Source: a virus
Direction: 5' to 3' (one strand)
Virus record (IMG/VR): IMGVR_UViG_3300043425_000861
Length of the DNA: 64,000 nt
Shown: piece after piece, positions 10,457-20,291 of the stretch
Layout of the letters: the number at the start of each line of letters is the position of its first letter
How positions within the stretch are numbered: the first letter of the stretch is position 1
Program-made: the position numbers and the translations under genes
Notes under the pieces: generated by a model
What the model was told of the DNA's origin: nothing
The model's input: the letters and a program-made list of their open reading frames with translations, nothing else
Databases searched by the model: none

Positions 10457-11497
10457 TTATGTTCTATATAGTATGTGTGTGCCGTCACTACCGGTTAAGA
10501 TTTCATCATTTTGATTTATAATGTGACCCCCCTCTATGGTGTAAACATCATCTTCACAATTTTGACCACATATAAAGAAATCGTATTGATTTAATCTCGT
10601 TAAAAAATTATGTCTAACGTGAACGAAGTCTAATGGTTCTTCATAATACTTGATTGTCTTCATATTAAAACAACAAGTTCCATTATGGAAGTTATTCATA
10701 TATCCTGTTCCACCACCCCAAGATTGTATAAATGGTTGAGCTCCTCTTTCTGAAGGTATAATCTCCTCCCAATCCTCTTTTTTATAAATCGGTCTTCCGT
10801 TTAGATATATTTTAAGCGTTCCCAATCTTCTTTCCCTTTCTGATGACCATTTTTTCCGTAATTCTTCTTGGTCAGAAAAAATTGTTGTTTGTGTTGACGT
10901 AATAGAACTACCACTAGGTGGAGTATATGGTATCGTCTTTATACCAGGTATCAAATCATTCCAACCACCGTCATTTTCTAAATTACAATCGGTGTATCTT
11001 TTATATCTATCAAATACTATTGTTACATTAAAATCTTTTGTTGCACCTGTTGTACAAAGTTGCGGAGTTGTATCTTGGTCCAAATAATAAGATTCGGAAT
11101 ATCCATCGGTTGGGTCACAAACACCTGAATATCTGTAAGCCACCCATTTTATTCTTCTATCAGCAGTAAATTGAAACGATAAGTTATTGTCGGCATAATC
11201 TTCAATATCATTATCCCCTCTAACACCAATGTAATAAAATACATTATTTGAATACCAATTGACATTATTTCTATTGAATATAAAATCCAAAGTCCAACCT
11301 TTTTCAGTTCTTCTTTTAACTATTGGGTCACAATTATCCATCCCTAAACCTGAATTTATTTTATATGCCCAAGGTTTGTTAGATAATTTTAATGGTGTTG
11401 GACAACAACTTAAACCACTTAAAATAGATGTACAATCTATAATATTTTTTGTAAAACCTGATAGAATTAAAGACTCCGTTAATTGATTATATCCCAC
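10457..11497 (-). CDS. Structural protein (ConA/LamG-like), possibly the displaced C-terminal half of the 12239-13525 gene
   Basis: GTG start only; GTLKIYLNG and IKYYEEPL LamG-like strands; Cys-rich. Confidence 0.5.
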   Translation of the reverse strand: MGYNQLTESLILSGFTKNIIDCTSILSGLSCCPTPLKLSNKPWAYKINSGLGMDNCDPIVKRRTEKGWTLDFIFNRNNVNWYSNNVFYYIGVRGDNDIEDYADNNLSFQFTADRRIKWVAYRYSGVCDPTDGYSESYYLDQDTTPQLCTTGATKDFNVTIVFDRYKRYTDCNLENDGGWNDLIPGIKTIPYTPPSGSSITSTQTTIFSDQEELRKKWSSERERRLGTLKIYLNGRPIYKKEDWEEIIPSERGAQPFIQSWGGGTGYMNNFHNGTCCFNMKTIKYYEEPLDFVHVRHNFLTRLNQYDFFICGQNCEDDVYTIEGGHIINQNDEILTGSDGTHILYRT

Positions 11498-11511
11498 AAT
11501 TTTATTTTTTT

Positions 11512-12216
11512 TTAAAATTTATTTTCAATCGGTAAACATATTTCTCCATATTCGTTTAATAATCTCTTCATATCTGAAAAAGAAATATATGCTCGACCAT
11601 CTTTACCCCAACCCTTCCCCCAACTATTTTTTATTCTAAACAATTCTTTCTCAACATTCACACCATTTATTACGTATGCGTGTGCTCCTGATTTTTCACC
11701 ACCAATTTGAATTAAACCATTTTCATTAGGATAGAACATATCATAGTACCAAATTGTACCGGCAATTACCGGTCCTGTATTTAATATTGTATAAACTAAT
11801 GTTTGAATATCCTTTATCCACAAATATTTTTTTATCTTTTTTATGTTTTTTAAGTATTTTGCACCTGCTCTAATAGAAGTACCATTATAATTTTCACCGG
11901 GTATTGAGTCCAACTTTTGTGCCTCATTATATATTGTTATAGGGTATAATATTGGTTTTGATTCTGATTGATGTGTTATCGGACCATCTTCAATCCAATG
12001 ACACCAAGCACAACCAACACATATCGGTAATCTATCTTGATTTTCCCACCAATAATCGTCCAACCAATATTTTGTGTTTGAACTTGATACATTACCTATT
12101 AAGTTTTTTTGAAATACGTAATTATCGTCTCTATAATCCCTCACCCAAAATCTACCTAACTTGTATGGAGTTTCTATATCACTTGAAAAAAATTCGATTT
12201 GTTGACTATATGACAT
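11512..12216 (-). CDS. Papain-family (C1) cysteine peptidase
   Basis: Oxyanion Gln and catalytic Cys in NQDRLPICVG, His in GAHAYVING, Asn in IKNSWGKGWG. Confidence 0.85.
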   Translation of the reverse strand: MSYSQQIEFFSSDIETPYKLGRFWVRDYRDDNYVFQKNLIGNVSSSNTKYWLDDYWWENQDRLPICVGCAWCHWIEDGPITHQSESKPILYPITIYNEAQKLDSIPGENYNGTSIRAGAKYLKNIKKIKKYLWIKDIQTLVYTILNTGPVIAGTIWYYDMFYPNENGLIQIGGEKSGAHAYVINGVNVEKELFRIKNSWGKGWGKDGRAYISFSDMKRLLNEYGEICLPIENKF

Positions 12217-12238
12217 TATTATATTGTTAGTTTTATTT

Positions 12239-13525
12239 TTATGGTGTTGGTTCCGTAGGAATTAAATGACTATAATCAAAGTTATAGCAAGATGCATTTT
12301 GGAAAACAGAGAATACATTCTCTTGATTATTATTTAGATTATATAACTTAATTGGTACTCCACGAGAATCCTCAATTAATGTTTGGGTACTATCATCAAA
12401 ATCTAAAACATATCTTAATGCGGAACCATTAACACCGATGGCGGTTGTTCCTGTGAAAACAATTCCAGATATTGGCATTGAACAAACAACCTCACCTATT
12501 TTTTGTGGATTAGTTGTTCCATTATATAAATAAACAACAAAACCACCTGACGGAACATAAAATGGTACAATAGTTTGTCCATTATTTTGATTATAATAAA
12601 TTGCGGTTGCAGTACCACCAAAAGGAATGTCCAACCATTGTGTTAATTCTAAAGTTGTTAAATCACATTGATATATTGTCGACCCTGAAGTATTTTCACT
12701 ATTTGCTGAATTTTGAACAAGTAATGTATTATCATCATACATTGCAATACCATAACCCGCATTTCTTGAATACGTGAAATTATCAAATAATCTAAATGAC
12801 CTTATAAATTCAGCACTTAAACACCCATCAACACTAATAGTATAATCATATTCAAGATAATTTCCTCCAACATCTACAACAAATAATTTAGTGTCATTCA
12901 TAGCAACACCACTATTCACATATCTAGTTCCGCCTGATTCTATGGGTACAATTTGACTACTTGGTATTGTAGTAAGATATTTGAATCCTTGTATATCATT
13001 AGGATTATAATAAAAAATATTTGTAAAATAACCATTACTAAAGAAAATCGGACAATTTTCGGTGATACCTGACGTACATTCAGGATTCGCATCCATACCG
13101 GGTAATACTGTAATATCCGTATTTAAAGGATTATTAAAACCTACAATTTTAAAATAATGGGTTTCACCGGTAATACCTGTATATGTATATATATCATTGT
13201 TTAGAATTGTAAATTCATACGGAGAACCAAAATAACCCACAAAATTATCATAATCTAATGTGAATGATAATCCTGAATAGATATAATCAGGGTCATTTGA
13301 TGAATTATCGTACTCAGACAGAGTAATTGTGTTTCTTGAACAACTTGCATAAGCTAACCCCGTGTCAATCGTTAATCCCGTATATGTTATTGGAACTGTT
13401 AAATCTAAAACGTCCTCATTGTAGTCTTCTTGGACTTTTGATATCTCATAATCGTAAAATTCTGAACTATCTAGCTTAACATCCAACCTCGAACCGTAAA
13501 ATTTTAAAATATTTTGGGTATTCAT
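12239..13525 (-). CDS. Virion structural protein with beta-propeller-like C-terminal half
   Basis: Likely start MNTQ directly after a late motif; repeated GVAM/GIAM/GIVF blade-like strands. Confidence 0.45.
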   Translation of the reverse strand: MNTQNILKFYGSRLDVKLDSSEFYDYEISKVQEDYNEDVLDLTVPITYTGLTIDTGLAYASCSRNTITLSEYDNSSNDPDYIYSGLSFTLDYDNFVGYFGSPYEFTILNNDIYTYTGITGETHYFKIVGFNNPLNTDITVLPGMDANPECTSGITENCPIFFSNGYFTNIFYYNPNDIQGFKYLTTIPSSQIVPIESGGTRYVNSGVAMNDTKLFVVDVGGNYLEYDYTISVDGCLSAEFIRSFRLFDNFTYSRNAGYGIAMYDDNTLLVQNSANSENTSGSTIYQCDLTTLELTQWLDIPFGGTATAIYYNQNNGQTIVPFYVPSGGFVVYLYNGTTNPQKIGEVVCSMPISGIVFTGTTAIGVNGSALRYVLDFDDSTQTLIEDSRGVPIKLYNLNNNQENVFSVFQNASCYNFDYSHLIPTEPTP

Positions 13526-13577
13526 ACTAATATAAATATCTTTCATAACATTTGATATTTATATAAAAACCATATTG

Positions 13578-14369
13578 ATGAATCAATTTATAAAACAAGT
13601 TATTGAAGAGAAGTTTGCATCGAAAAAACAACAAAGATTTTTCTATGCAAAGGCGAACGAAAAGGGTGCGTCAACTAAGGAGAAGAAGAAATGGGGTAAG
13701 TGGGCTAAAGAATTTTCAGATAAAACAGATTTTGAAAAAATACCTGAAAAGGTAGAAAAAGGAACTGAAATGGATGAGATTGTGGATGCCGATGGTAACA
13801 TCGCATCAAGTGACAAACCAACGAATTTGGCAACAAAAGGAGTAACAGTTAAAGATACCACAGACGATTACGTTCAATCATATATGAACACCATAGGTAC
13901 GTTTGGTGCTTTTGGACCTGCAAGTAAAAATATTTCACAATTAAAATATTGGGCTGAAGGTGTAGAGTTAACCAAAAAGGATATGCTCGAAATTGCAATG
14001 AACAAATCACTTGGATATGATGAAACAATGGGTGTGGATGCAGATTATGAAGATGCTGAAGAACATTTTAAAGATGAATTAGGATTACCTGACGACGAGG
14101 CTGATGAAAGATTAGAAAAGATGGGGTATGATGAAAAGTTAAAAGATACTGATAAAGTTCGATTAGTTGAGAACCCTAAAAAATTCGTTGAGGAGTATTT
14201 GGAAAGTATTATGTCCAAAAGAACCAAAGTGAATGATGTTTTAGAAAAAGATGAAGAAACTAAAATGTCACCAATCATCAGAAGACAAATTAAAGTATTA
14301 CTTAATACTTTGAAAGATAATGGAATATCACCAAGTGTTATTTTAAAACACACAGAAGATAATGAATAG
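13578..14369 (+). CDS. Putative internal head protein
   Basis: Acidic; VIEEKFASKKQQRFFYA start with I-x-E protease-type sites; late motif upstream. Confidence 0.45.
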   Translation: MNQFIKQVIEEKFASKKQQRFFYAKANEKGASTKEKKKWGKWAKEFSDKTDFEKIPEKVEKGTEMDEIVDADGNIASSDKPTNLATKGVTVKDTTDDYVQSYMNTIGTFGAFGPASKNISQLKYWAEGVELTKKDMLEIAMNKSLGYDETMGVDADYEDAEEHFKDELGLPDDEADERLEKMGYDEKLKDTDKVRLVENPKKFVEEYLESIMSKRTKVNDVLEKDEETKMSPIIRRQIKVLLNTLKDNGISPSVILKHTEDNE

Positions 14370-14841
14370 TGAATTACAAGGTAGAGAATACGATTTACCA
14401 TTAAACTTAATACAACACTTGAATGTACAATTAGGTGCGAGTTCTGATAATACCGAAGGTGTTAATAGAGCTAAAAATCTAATTCAATCAGGTAAAGTGA
14501 ATTATGGTCAATTGAAAAGAATACTTCACGACCTCAAATCTGTTGATAAAGTAAAAGACCCAAAAACATATAATTTATATGGTGGTGAACCTATGGAATC
14601 ATTTGGTTGGTCAATATTAGGTCAAGATAGAGACCAAATAACAAATAGAAAAGAAGGTAGAAAGAAAGCGGATGAGATGGGTGGAATTACGGGAGAAAGA
14701 AAAAATAGTTTTTTAAAGAAACATAGTAAAAAACCTGACTTCTTACCACAACTTAATATGGTTAAAAATAATTCATTTAAAACACCAATATCTTCATTGG
14801 GATTATTTGAACAAATTGAAAGAATTAAAAATTTAATGTAA
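14362..14841 (+). CDS. Putative internal head protein
   Basis: Ends with LFEQIERIKNLM, a helix shared with other head-region proteins. Confidence 0.45.
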   Translation: MNSELQGREYDLPLNLIQHLNVQLGASSDNTEGVNRAKNLIQSGKVNYGQLKRILHDLKSVDKVKDPKTYNLYGGEPMESFGWSILGQDRDQITNRKEGRKKADEMGGITGERKNSFLKKHSKKPDFLPQLNMVKNNSFKTPISSLGLFEQIERIKNLM

Positions 14842-14842
14842 T

Positions 14843-15502
14843 ATGGCAACACAACTTGAGCTACTTGCTGAAAAATATAGAAAAGAACACATAAGTAAAA
14901 ATTCCTATACTGATAAAGGAATCTATAGCTCAATGCACGAAAATGCGTTATCTACTGGTGATGAAAAAGGTAAAGGTGATAATGAAGGTAAAATCGGTTC
15001 CAAAGTTGACATCAACTCAAGGATTGATAGTTTAGCAAGAAATACATATAATAGTTCTAACGAATATTCTGACGCAAATCGTAACGCATTATCTGATGGT
15101 GACGAAAAGGGTAAAGGAGAAAGTAATGGACAAGTCGGTTCAACAACAGACATTAATACAAGAATTTCACTTTTAGGTAGAAATTTATATAACGATGGTT
15201 TTGGATATGGGGTTACAAACCCAAATGCAATATCTGATGGTGATGAAAGAGGTAAAGGAGAAAATAGTGGTAAAGTGGGTTCATCTACCGATATTAACTT
15301 AAGAACACAAAACCTAAGTAAAAATTTATATGGAAGTAATAACTCATATGGATTAACTCACCCGAATGCAATTTCAGATAATGACGAAAAAGGTAAGGGT
15401 GAAAATAATGGTCAAGTTGGTTCAACAACCGATATTAATACAAGAAATCAAGTAGTTGCAACTAATAAATTTAACAAAAACAAAGGTTATCCTGATTTTT
15501 AA
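14843..15502 (+). CDS. Tandem-repeat protein (4 units of about 47-48 aa)
   Basis: Four copies of NA(L/I)S.(G/N)DE(K/R)GKG...G.(V/I)GS..DIN.R. Confidence 0.8.
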   Translation: MATQLELLAEKYRKEHISKNSYTDKGIYSSMHENALSTGDEKGKGDNEGKIGSKVDINSRIDSLARNTYNSSNEYSDANRNALSDGDEKGKGESNGQVGSTTDINTRISLLGRNLYNDGFGYGVTNPNAISDGDERGKGENSGKVGSSTDINLRTQNLSKNLYGSNNSYGLTHPNAISDNDEKGKGENNGQVGSTTDINTRNQVVATNKFNKNKGYPDF

Positions 15503-16416
15503 TGGGTATTATATCTAACATATTTAAATTATTACTGAACGAACAGGCAGATACTAAAACTCTCTTGATTAGGAATGCTATTAGTGAGAGAAAACCCATC
15601 ACTATTGATTATAGAAGTGATGATGATGAGGTATTGAATGGTTTAAGATATGATATTGAACCTGTCGTTTTAGGAACTAATGCAAAATCAGGTAATAAAG
15701 TATTTTGGGCGTACGTTTTTAAAGGAACTTCTAAAAAAGGATTACCCGGATGGAAAATGTTTAGACTTGACCGAGTTAAGGAAGTAAAAACAAAACCAGG
15801 TTTAAACCCTTTTAAATTAACTGACTTACCCGATTACCAAAAAGGTAAAGCACCAAATGCAATGAAATCTTTAAGTCAGGTTGACGTGTTCTCACCATAT
15901 TGGTTCGAAGACGACCCGAGATTTAAAAAGGACCAACCGACACAACCAGCACCACCACAACCTAAAAAGATTGTTCCAAAAACAACTCCTACAGCAAAAC
16001 CACAACCACAACCTACTCCGACACCACAACCTGAACCTTCGGTTCAACCTGACAAACCTATTGAGAAACCTGAACCAAATGAACCTAAGTATGGTCAGGA
16101 AGTTTACAATACTTTAAAGAGTAAAATAAAAGATGTAAATGGTGAGAAAGTTCTTAGTCGTCAAGATTATGAATCTGCCGTTAAGGATTTATATAACAAA
16201 AAAGAAGGTGAGTGGAAAAATTACCAAAGACAAATTAGTGGTAATGAAAGACCCGGTGAAGGAACAAGACAAAGGTTTGATAAATCATCAAGAGCCGAAT
16301 TAGATACATTAATTTCTCAAGATAATGTAAAATTAAGTGATGAAAATCAACCAAATACAACACCTGAGAATTTATCAGAAACAATTAGAAGATTTAAAAT
16401 CTTGATAAATTCATAA
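15502..16416 (+). CDS. WYL-domain protein with Pro-rich linker
   Basis: IRNAISERKPITIDY...R..IEP..L.......WAY........WKMFRLDRV matches the WYL consensus. Confidence 0.8.
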   Translation: MGIISNIFKLLLNEQADTKTLLIRNAISERKPITIDYRSDDDEVLNGLRYDIEPVVLGTNAKSGNKVFWAYVFKGTSKKGLPGWKMFRLDRVKEVKTKPGLNPFKLTDLPDYQKGKAPNAMKSLSQVDVFSPYWFEDDPRFKKDQPTQPAPPQPKKIVPKTTPTAKPQPQPTPTPQPEPSVQPDKPIEKPEPNEPKYGQEVYNTLKSKIKDVNGEKVLSRQDYESAVKDLYNKKEGEWKNYQRQISGNERPGEGTRQRFDKSSRAELDTLISQDNVKLSDENQPNTTPENLSETIRRFKILINS

Positions 16417-16436
16417 ATTAAAAATATATTTATAAT

Positions 16437-17027
16437 ATGTCAAAATTAAACAACGGTCCAATATCGTCAAACGATTTAATGAGTAAATTGGTACAAGCGA
16501 AAAAATTAATGAATAAGGTCGATACCGGTGATTTCGAAAGAGGTAACATAGATGAGAGTAAATTAATGGCTCCATCAAACGATTCCGATTTTCTTTCTGA
16601 ATCTTACGAACAACCACAAGTAAATACAAGACCTGTAGGTACACCAACAGCAGATAGAATTCAACAATCTAAATTACCTGACGCAATTAAAAGGGCTATG
16701 ATTGAAAATCCTATTCCACAAATTTCTTTAAGTGATAGTTTAGATATGGATTTCGTTAAAGGTGCGAAACGATTAATGGAACAAGAAGGTGTACAACCAA
16801 AACAAACACAAAAGAAACAATCTCCACAACCCACAGGTAATGCTAGTGGTGTGAATATGAACGCGTTAGCAACATTAATTGAAAATACGGTTAGAAAAGT
16901 TATGGACGAAAAGTTAAGTCAAATTTTGACAGCACAACAAACATCTACAATTAATGAGAATCTTGTTTTAAAAGTTGGTGATTCGATATTCAAAGGTAAA
17001 ATTACTGGTGTAAATAAGGCAAAGTAG
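16437..17027 (+). CDS. Hypothetical protein (late)
   Basis: 196-aa ORF preceded by the ATATTTATA motif. Confidence 0.6.
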   Translation: MSKLNNGPISSNDLMSKLVQAKKLMNKVDTGDFERGNIDESKLMAPSNDSDFLSESYEQPQVNTRPVGTPTADRIQQSKLPDAIKRAMIENPIPQISLSDSLDMDFVKGAKRLMEQEGVQPKQTQKKQSPQPTGNASGVNMNALATLIENTVRKVMDEKLSQILTAQQTSTINENLVLKVGDSIFKGKITGVNKAK

Positions 17028-17093
17028 TTTTGTTTTTTCATTTTTTTTCATTATATTTTTGATATAGCCACACTTTAAGTGGTATTACTTATT

Positions 17094-18323
17094 ATGTCAA
17101 AAATTAGAATTTTAGCTATTCCATCAGACCAATATGGCGTTGGTAAATTTAGAATTATGGGTCCCTATACCCACTTACAAGAAAACTATGGGGATGATTT
17201 TCACATCGATATAAAATACAATGTTGAAGACAACGATTCGGAATTTGATAATTACGATGTTGTCGTTTTACATAGCTTTATTCACAATAAAGTACCCTTT
17301 GAAAAAAACATCGAAAGAATTGATTGGTTAAAAAAGAAAGGTGTTACTGTTGTATGTGATATCGACGATTATTGGGAACCTGACCATAGACACCCAATGC
17401 ATCGACAAATTATCAAAAGTGAAACCCACAAAAAGAAAGTTCAATTACTAAGAGCAGCAGATTATGTAACTACCACCACACCAATATTCAGAGATACTAT
17501 AATGAATAGATTAGGTGTTAAGAATGTATTGGTATTTCCAAACGCAATCGACGAAAAAGAAGCACAATTCAAACCTAACCCTGAAAAATCGGATAAAATT
17601 AGATTTGGATGGTTAGGGGGTTCTTCACACTTTCACGATTTAGAATTAATTAAAAGTGGAATCTCGAGTACATTATCTTCATACAAGGATAAGACTCAGT
17701 TTGTACTATGTGGTTTTGATTTAAGAGGTAACGTAAATGAAGTTAACCAACAAACAGGTGAAGTGAAACAAAGACCCATTAAACCTATGGAAACTGTTTG
17801 GTATCAATATGAAAAAATGTTCACAGATGATTATAAGATATTGTCTGAGGAGTATAAGAACTATCTTTTATCTTTCAAAGAAGATGATTACAATGATGTT
17901 AATGAACCATATAGAAGAAGATGGACAAAAGAAATTTCAAAATATGCAACAAACTATAATTTGTTTGATGTATCTTTAGCACCTGTTGTTGAAAGTTTAT
18001 TTAATGGTAACAAATCCCAATTAAAAGTTATCGAAGCAGGGTTTCATAAGAAAGCAATCATTGCGAGTGAATGTGACCCATACACTATTGACTTGATAAG
18101 TGCGGTTGACCAAGGAACATTTAATAATAAAGGAAATGCGTTATTAGTATCCCCAAGAAAGAATCATAAACAATGGGCTCAACATATGAAAAAATTAGTT
18201 GAGAATCCTAATATGATTGAAGACTTAGGAAATAGACTTTATGAAACTGTTAAGGACAAATATTCTTTAAACACAGTTAATAAAAATAGAGCAGAGTTTT
18301 TCAAATCAATAATTAAAAAATAA
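17094..18323 (+). CDS. GT-B glycosyltransferase (GT4-like)
   Basis: VVCDIDDYW, RFGWLGGSSH, FDVSLAP...FN..KSQLKVIEAG motifs. Confidence 0.85.
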   Translation: MSKIRILAIPSDQYGVGKFRIMGPYTHLQENYGDDFHIDIKYNVEDNDSEFDNYDVVVLHSFIHNKVPFEKNIERIDWLKKKGVTVVCDIDDYWEPDHRHPMHRQIIKSETHKKKVQLLRAADYVTTTTPIFRDTIMNRLGVKNVLVFPNAIDEKEAQFKPNPEKSDKIRFGWLGGSSHFHDLELIKSGISSTLSSYKDKTQFVLCGFDLRGNVNEVNQQTGEVKQRPIKPMETVWYQYEKMFTDDYKILSEEYKNYLLSFKEDDYNDVNEPYRRRWTKEISKYATNYNLFDVSLAPVVESLFNGNKSQLKVIEAGFHKKAIIASECDPYTIDLISAVDQGTFNNKGNALLVSPRKNHKQWAQHMKKLVENPNMIEDLGNRLYETVKDKYSLNTVNKNRAEFFKSIIKK

Positions 18324-18336
18324 AAAAAGAACAATT

Positions 18337-18570
18337 ATGTATTACTTAGTAACTATCGGTTATGAAACCGAACAAATGGACAGAGAAGGTAACCCACGTA
18401 TAAAAAAAGTTAAATACGTCCTTCAAGCAGAATCAGTAGAGGAAGCAACAATCGTAGCAGGAAAGTATCGTGCCGGTGACATTCGAGGAAGTGAAAGTTT
18501 AAGCGTTGTTAAAATGCCAATCGAATGTGTTATCGATGAAAAAAATACTCCTGAATATTACAAATCATAA
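18337..18570 (+). CDS. Small protein, DUF4494-like
   Basis: YYLVTIGYE....G..KKVK.YV.QAESVEEA resembles Bacteroidota DUF4494. Confidence 0.45.
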   Translation: MYYLVTIGYETEQMDREGNPRIKKVKYVLQAESVEEATIVAGKYRAGDIRGSESLSVVKMPIECVIDEKNTPEYYKS

Positions 18571-18583
18571 AAAATAAAAAAAA

Positions 18584-18799
18584 ATGGAATTCTATAGTCG
18601 TGAAATACAGATTATGCGTCAATCCCAAAGTAAAATGGCTTTGGAGTATGTACAATCTGTTGGTGTGTCAGTAACTTTAGAGGAATTGGTACGAATTACT
18701 GATTTATTCGTTGAAATTTGTTTGAGACCACAAGACGAAGACCTTAAAAAAAGAATTAAGGCATTAGATAAATGGATTTCAGAAAAACGAAGTAATTAA
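18584..18799 (+). CDS. Hypothetical protein
   Basis: 71-aa ORF within the operon. Confidence 0.6.
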   Translation: MEFYSREIQIMRQSQSKMALEYVQSVGVSVTLEELVRITDLFVEICLRPQDEDLKKRIKALDKWISEKRSN

Positions 18800-18803
18800 T
18801 ATT

Positions 18804-19439
18804 ATGGAAAAGGATAAAGTCCAAGATTACATCAATAAATTGATGGAATTAAATAACGAAATATCGGAAGATTCTGATACTGACAATACAGGTGATTTAG
18901 ATGATAATTTCATTCAAACATTGAACCACGTATTGGTTTCATTGAACAAGGATGTTGAAAATGAAATGATGGAATCTATCACAAATGTTAAACCCGACCA
19001 ACCCGTATTTTACACCAAAGTAAAAGTAAAAAAATTACACCCAAACGCGGTAATTCCTTCCTATTCTAAAGAAGGTGATGCGGGTATGGATTTAACTATA
19101 ACTTCTGAAATTGAAAATACTTCATTTAGTGTAACATATGGTTTTGGTATTGCGTTAGAAATACCTAAAGGATACGTTGGTTTAGTATTCCCGAGGTCAT
19201 CAATTAGAAAATATGATTTGTTATTATCTAACTCAGTTGGTGTAATTGATAGCGGATATAGAGGTGAGATTCAAGCTACCTTTAAAAAAACTAATGGTCT
19301 GGATTCATATAAATACAATACAGGTGAACGAGGGGCACAAATCGTAATTTTACCTTACCCGCAAATAAAAATGGTGGAATCTACCGAACTTTCAGATACT
19401 GAAAGAGGTGAAGGTGGATTTGGTTCTACGGGTAGTTAG
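18804..19439 (+). CDS. dut: Trimeric dUTPase with acidic N-terminal extension
   Basis: AGMDL, PRSS, GVIDSGYRGEI, AQIV, RGEGGFGSTG motifs. Confidence 0.97.
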   Translation: MEKDKVQDYINKLMELNNEISEDSDTDNTGDLDDNFIQTLNHVLVSLNKDVENEMMESITNVKPDQPVFYTKVKVKKLHPNAVIPSYSKEGDAGMDLTITSEIENTSFSVTYGFGIALEIPKGYVGLVFPRSSIRKYDLLLSNSVGVIDSGYRGEIQATFKKTNGLDSYKYNTGERGAQIVILPYPQIKMVESTELSDTERGEGGFGSTGS

Positions 19440-19484
19440 AAGATATTTATAACATAATAAGATACAAATTAAACAGGAGATATT

Positions 19485-20195
19485 TTGTTGAAACAGAAAG
19501 TAAAAAGTGTCCAAGAGGATAAAAAAACATTACCTAAACAGAGAATTAGGGAATTAATTAAAAAACCAAAAGAAAAGTTTTTAACTAAAAATCAAGAAGA
19601 ATACTGGAAAATTTTAGGAGATAATCAAATTACTTTATGTTTTGGACCTGCAGGTGTAGGAAAATCCTACATAGCAATGAAAAGAGCAATCGATTTATTG
19701 TGGGACGATAATAACAAATATGAAAAAATTATAATTGTTAGACCTGCTGTTGAGGCTGAGGAAAAATTGGGTTCTCTACCCGGTGGATTAGAAGAAAAAT
19801 TAGACCCCTACATTTATCCATCATATTATCTTTTAAATAAAATAATTGGTAAGGAGGCAAGAGAGGCGTTAAAAGATGAAGGATTTATTGAAGTTGCTGC
19901 ACTTGCTTATATGAGAGGTTGGAACGTAGATAATACTATTCTTGTGTTTGAAGAAGCACAAAATGCAACTCCTGCACAGATTAAGTTGTTATTAACTCGT
20001 ATTGGATTTAATTCGAAGTTCTTTTTATCGGGAGACTTAGAACAATCTGATAAGTTTAAAGACAAAACCAAGTCAGGATTATATGATGCTAAAAAAAGAT
20101 TAGGAGATGTTAGAGGTATCGGTGTCTTTGAATTTGGTAATGGTGATATCGTAAGAAATCCTATCATATCTGAAATATTAGAAAGATACGAATAA
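19485..20195 (+). CDS. phoH: PhoH-like ATPase
   Basis: GPAGVGKS, RPAVEA, YMRG, EEAQN, GDLEQSD, IVRNP motifs. Confidence 0.95.
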   Translation: MLKQKVKSVQEDKKTLPKQRIRELIKKPKEKFLTKNQEEYWKILGDNQITLCFGPAGVGKSYIAMKRAIDLLWDDNNKYEKIIIVRPAVEAEEKLGSLPGGLEEKLDPYIYPSYYLLNKIIGKEAREALKDEGFIEVAALAYMRGWNVDNTILVFEEAQNATPAQIKLLLTRIGFNSKFFLSGDLEQSDKFKDKTKSGLYDAKKRLGDVRGIGVFEFGNGDIVRNPIISEILERYE

Positions 20196-20215
20196 CAATA
20201 AACCTATTTTTGATT

Positions 20216-20254
20216 AATAAACCCACATCGTTTATCATAATGGTGTGGGTTTAT
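20216..20254 (+). terminator. Intrinsic terminator after phoH
   Basis: AATAAACCCACA...TGTGGGTTTATT inverted repeat. Confidence 0.7.
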
Positions 20255-20291
20255 TGTTTACTTATAATCTCCTTAGTGTTATATTTAAACT

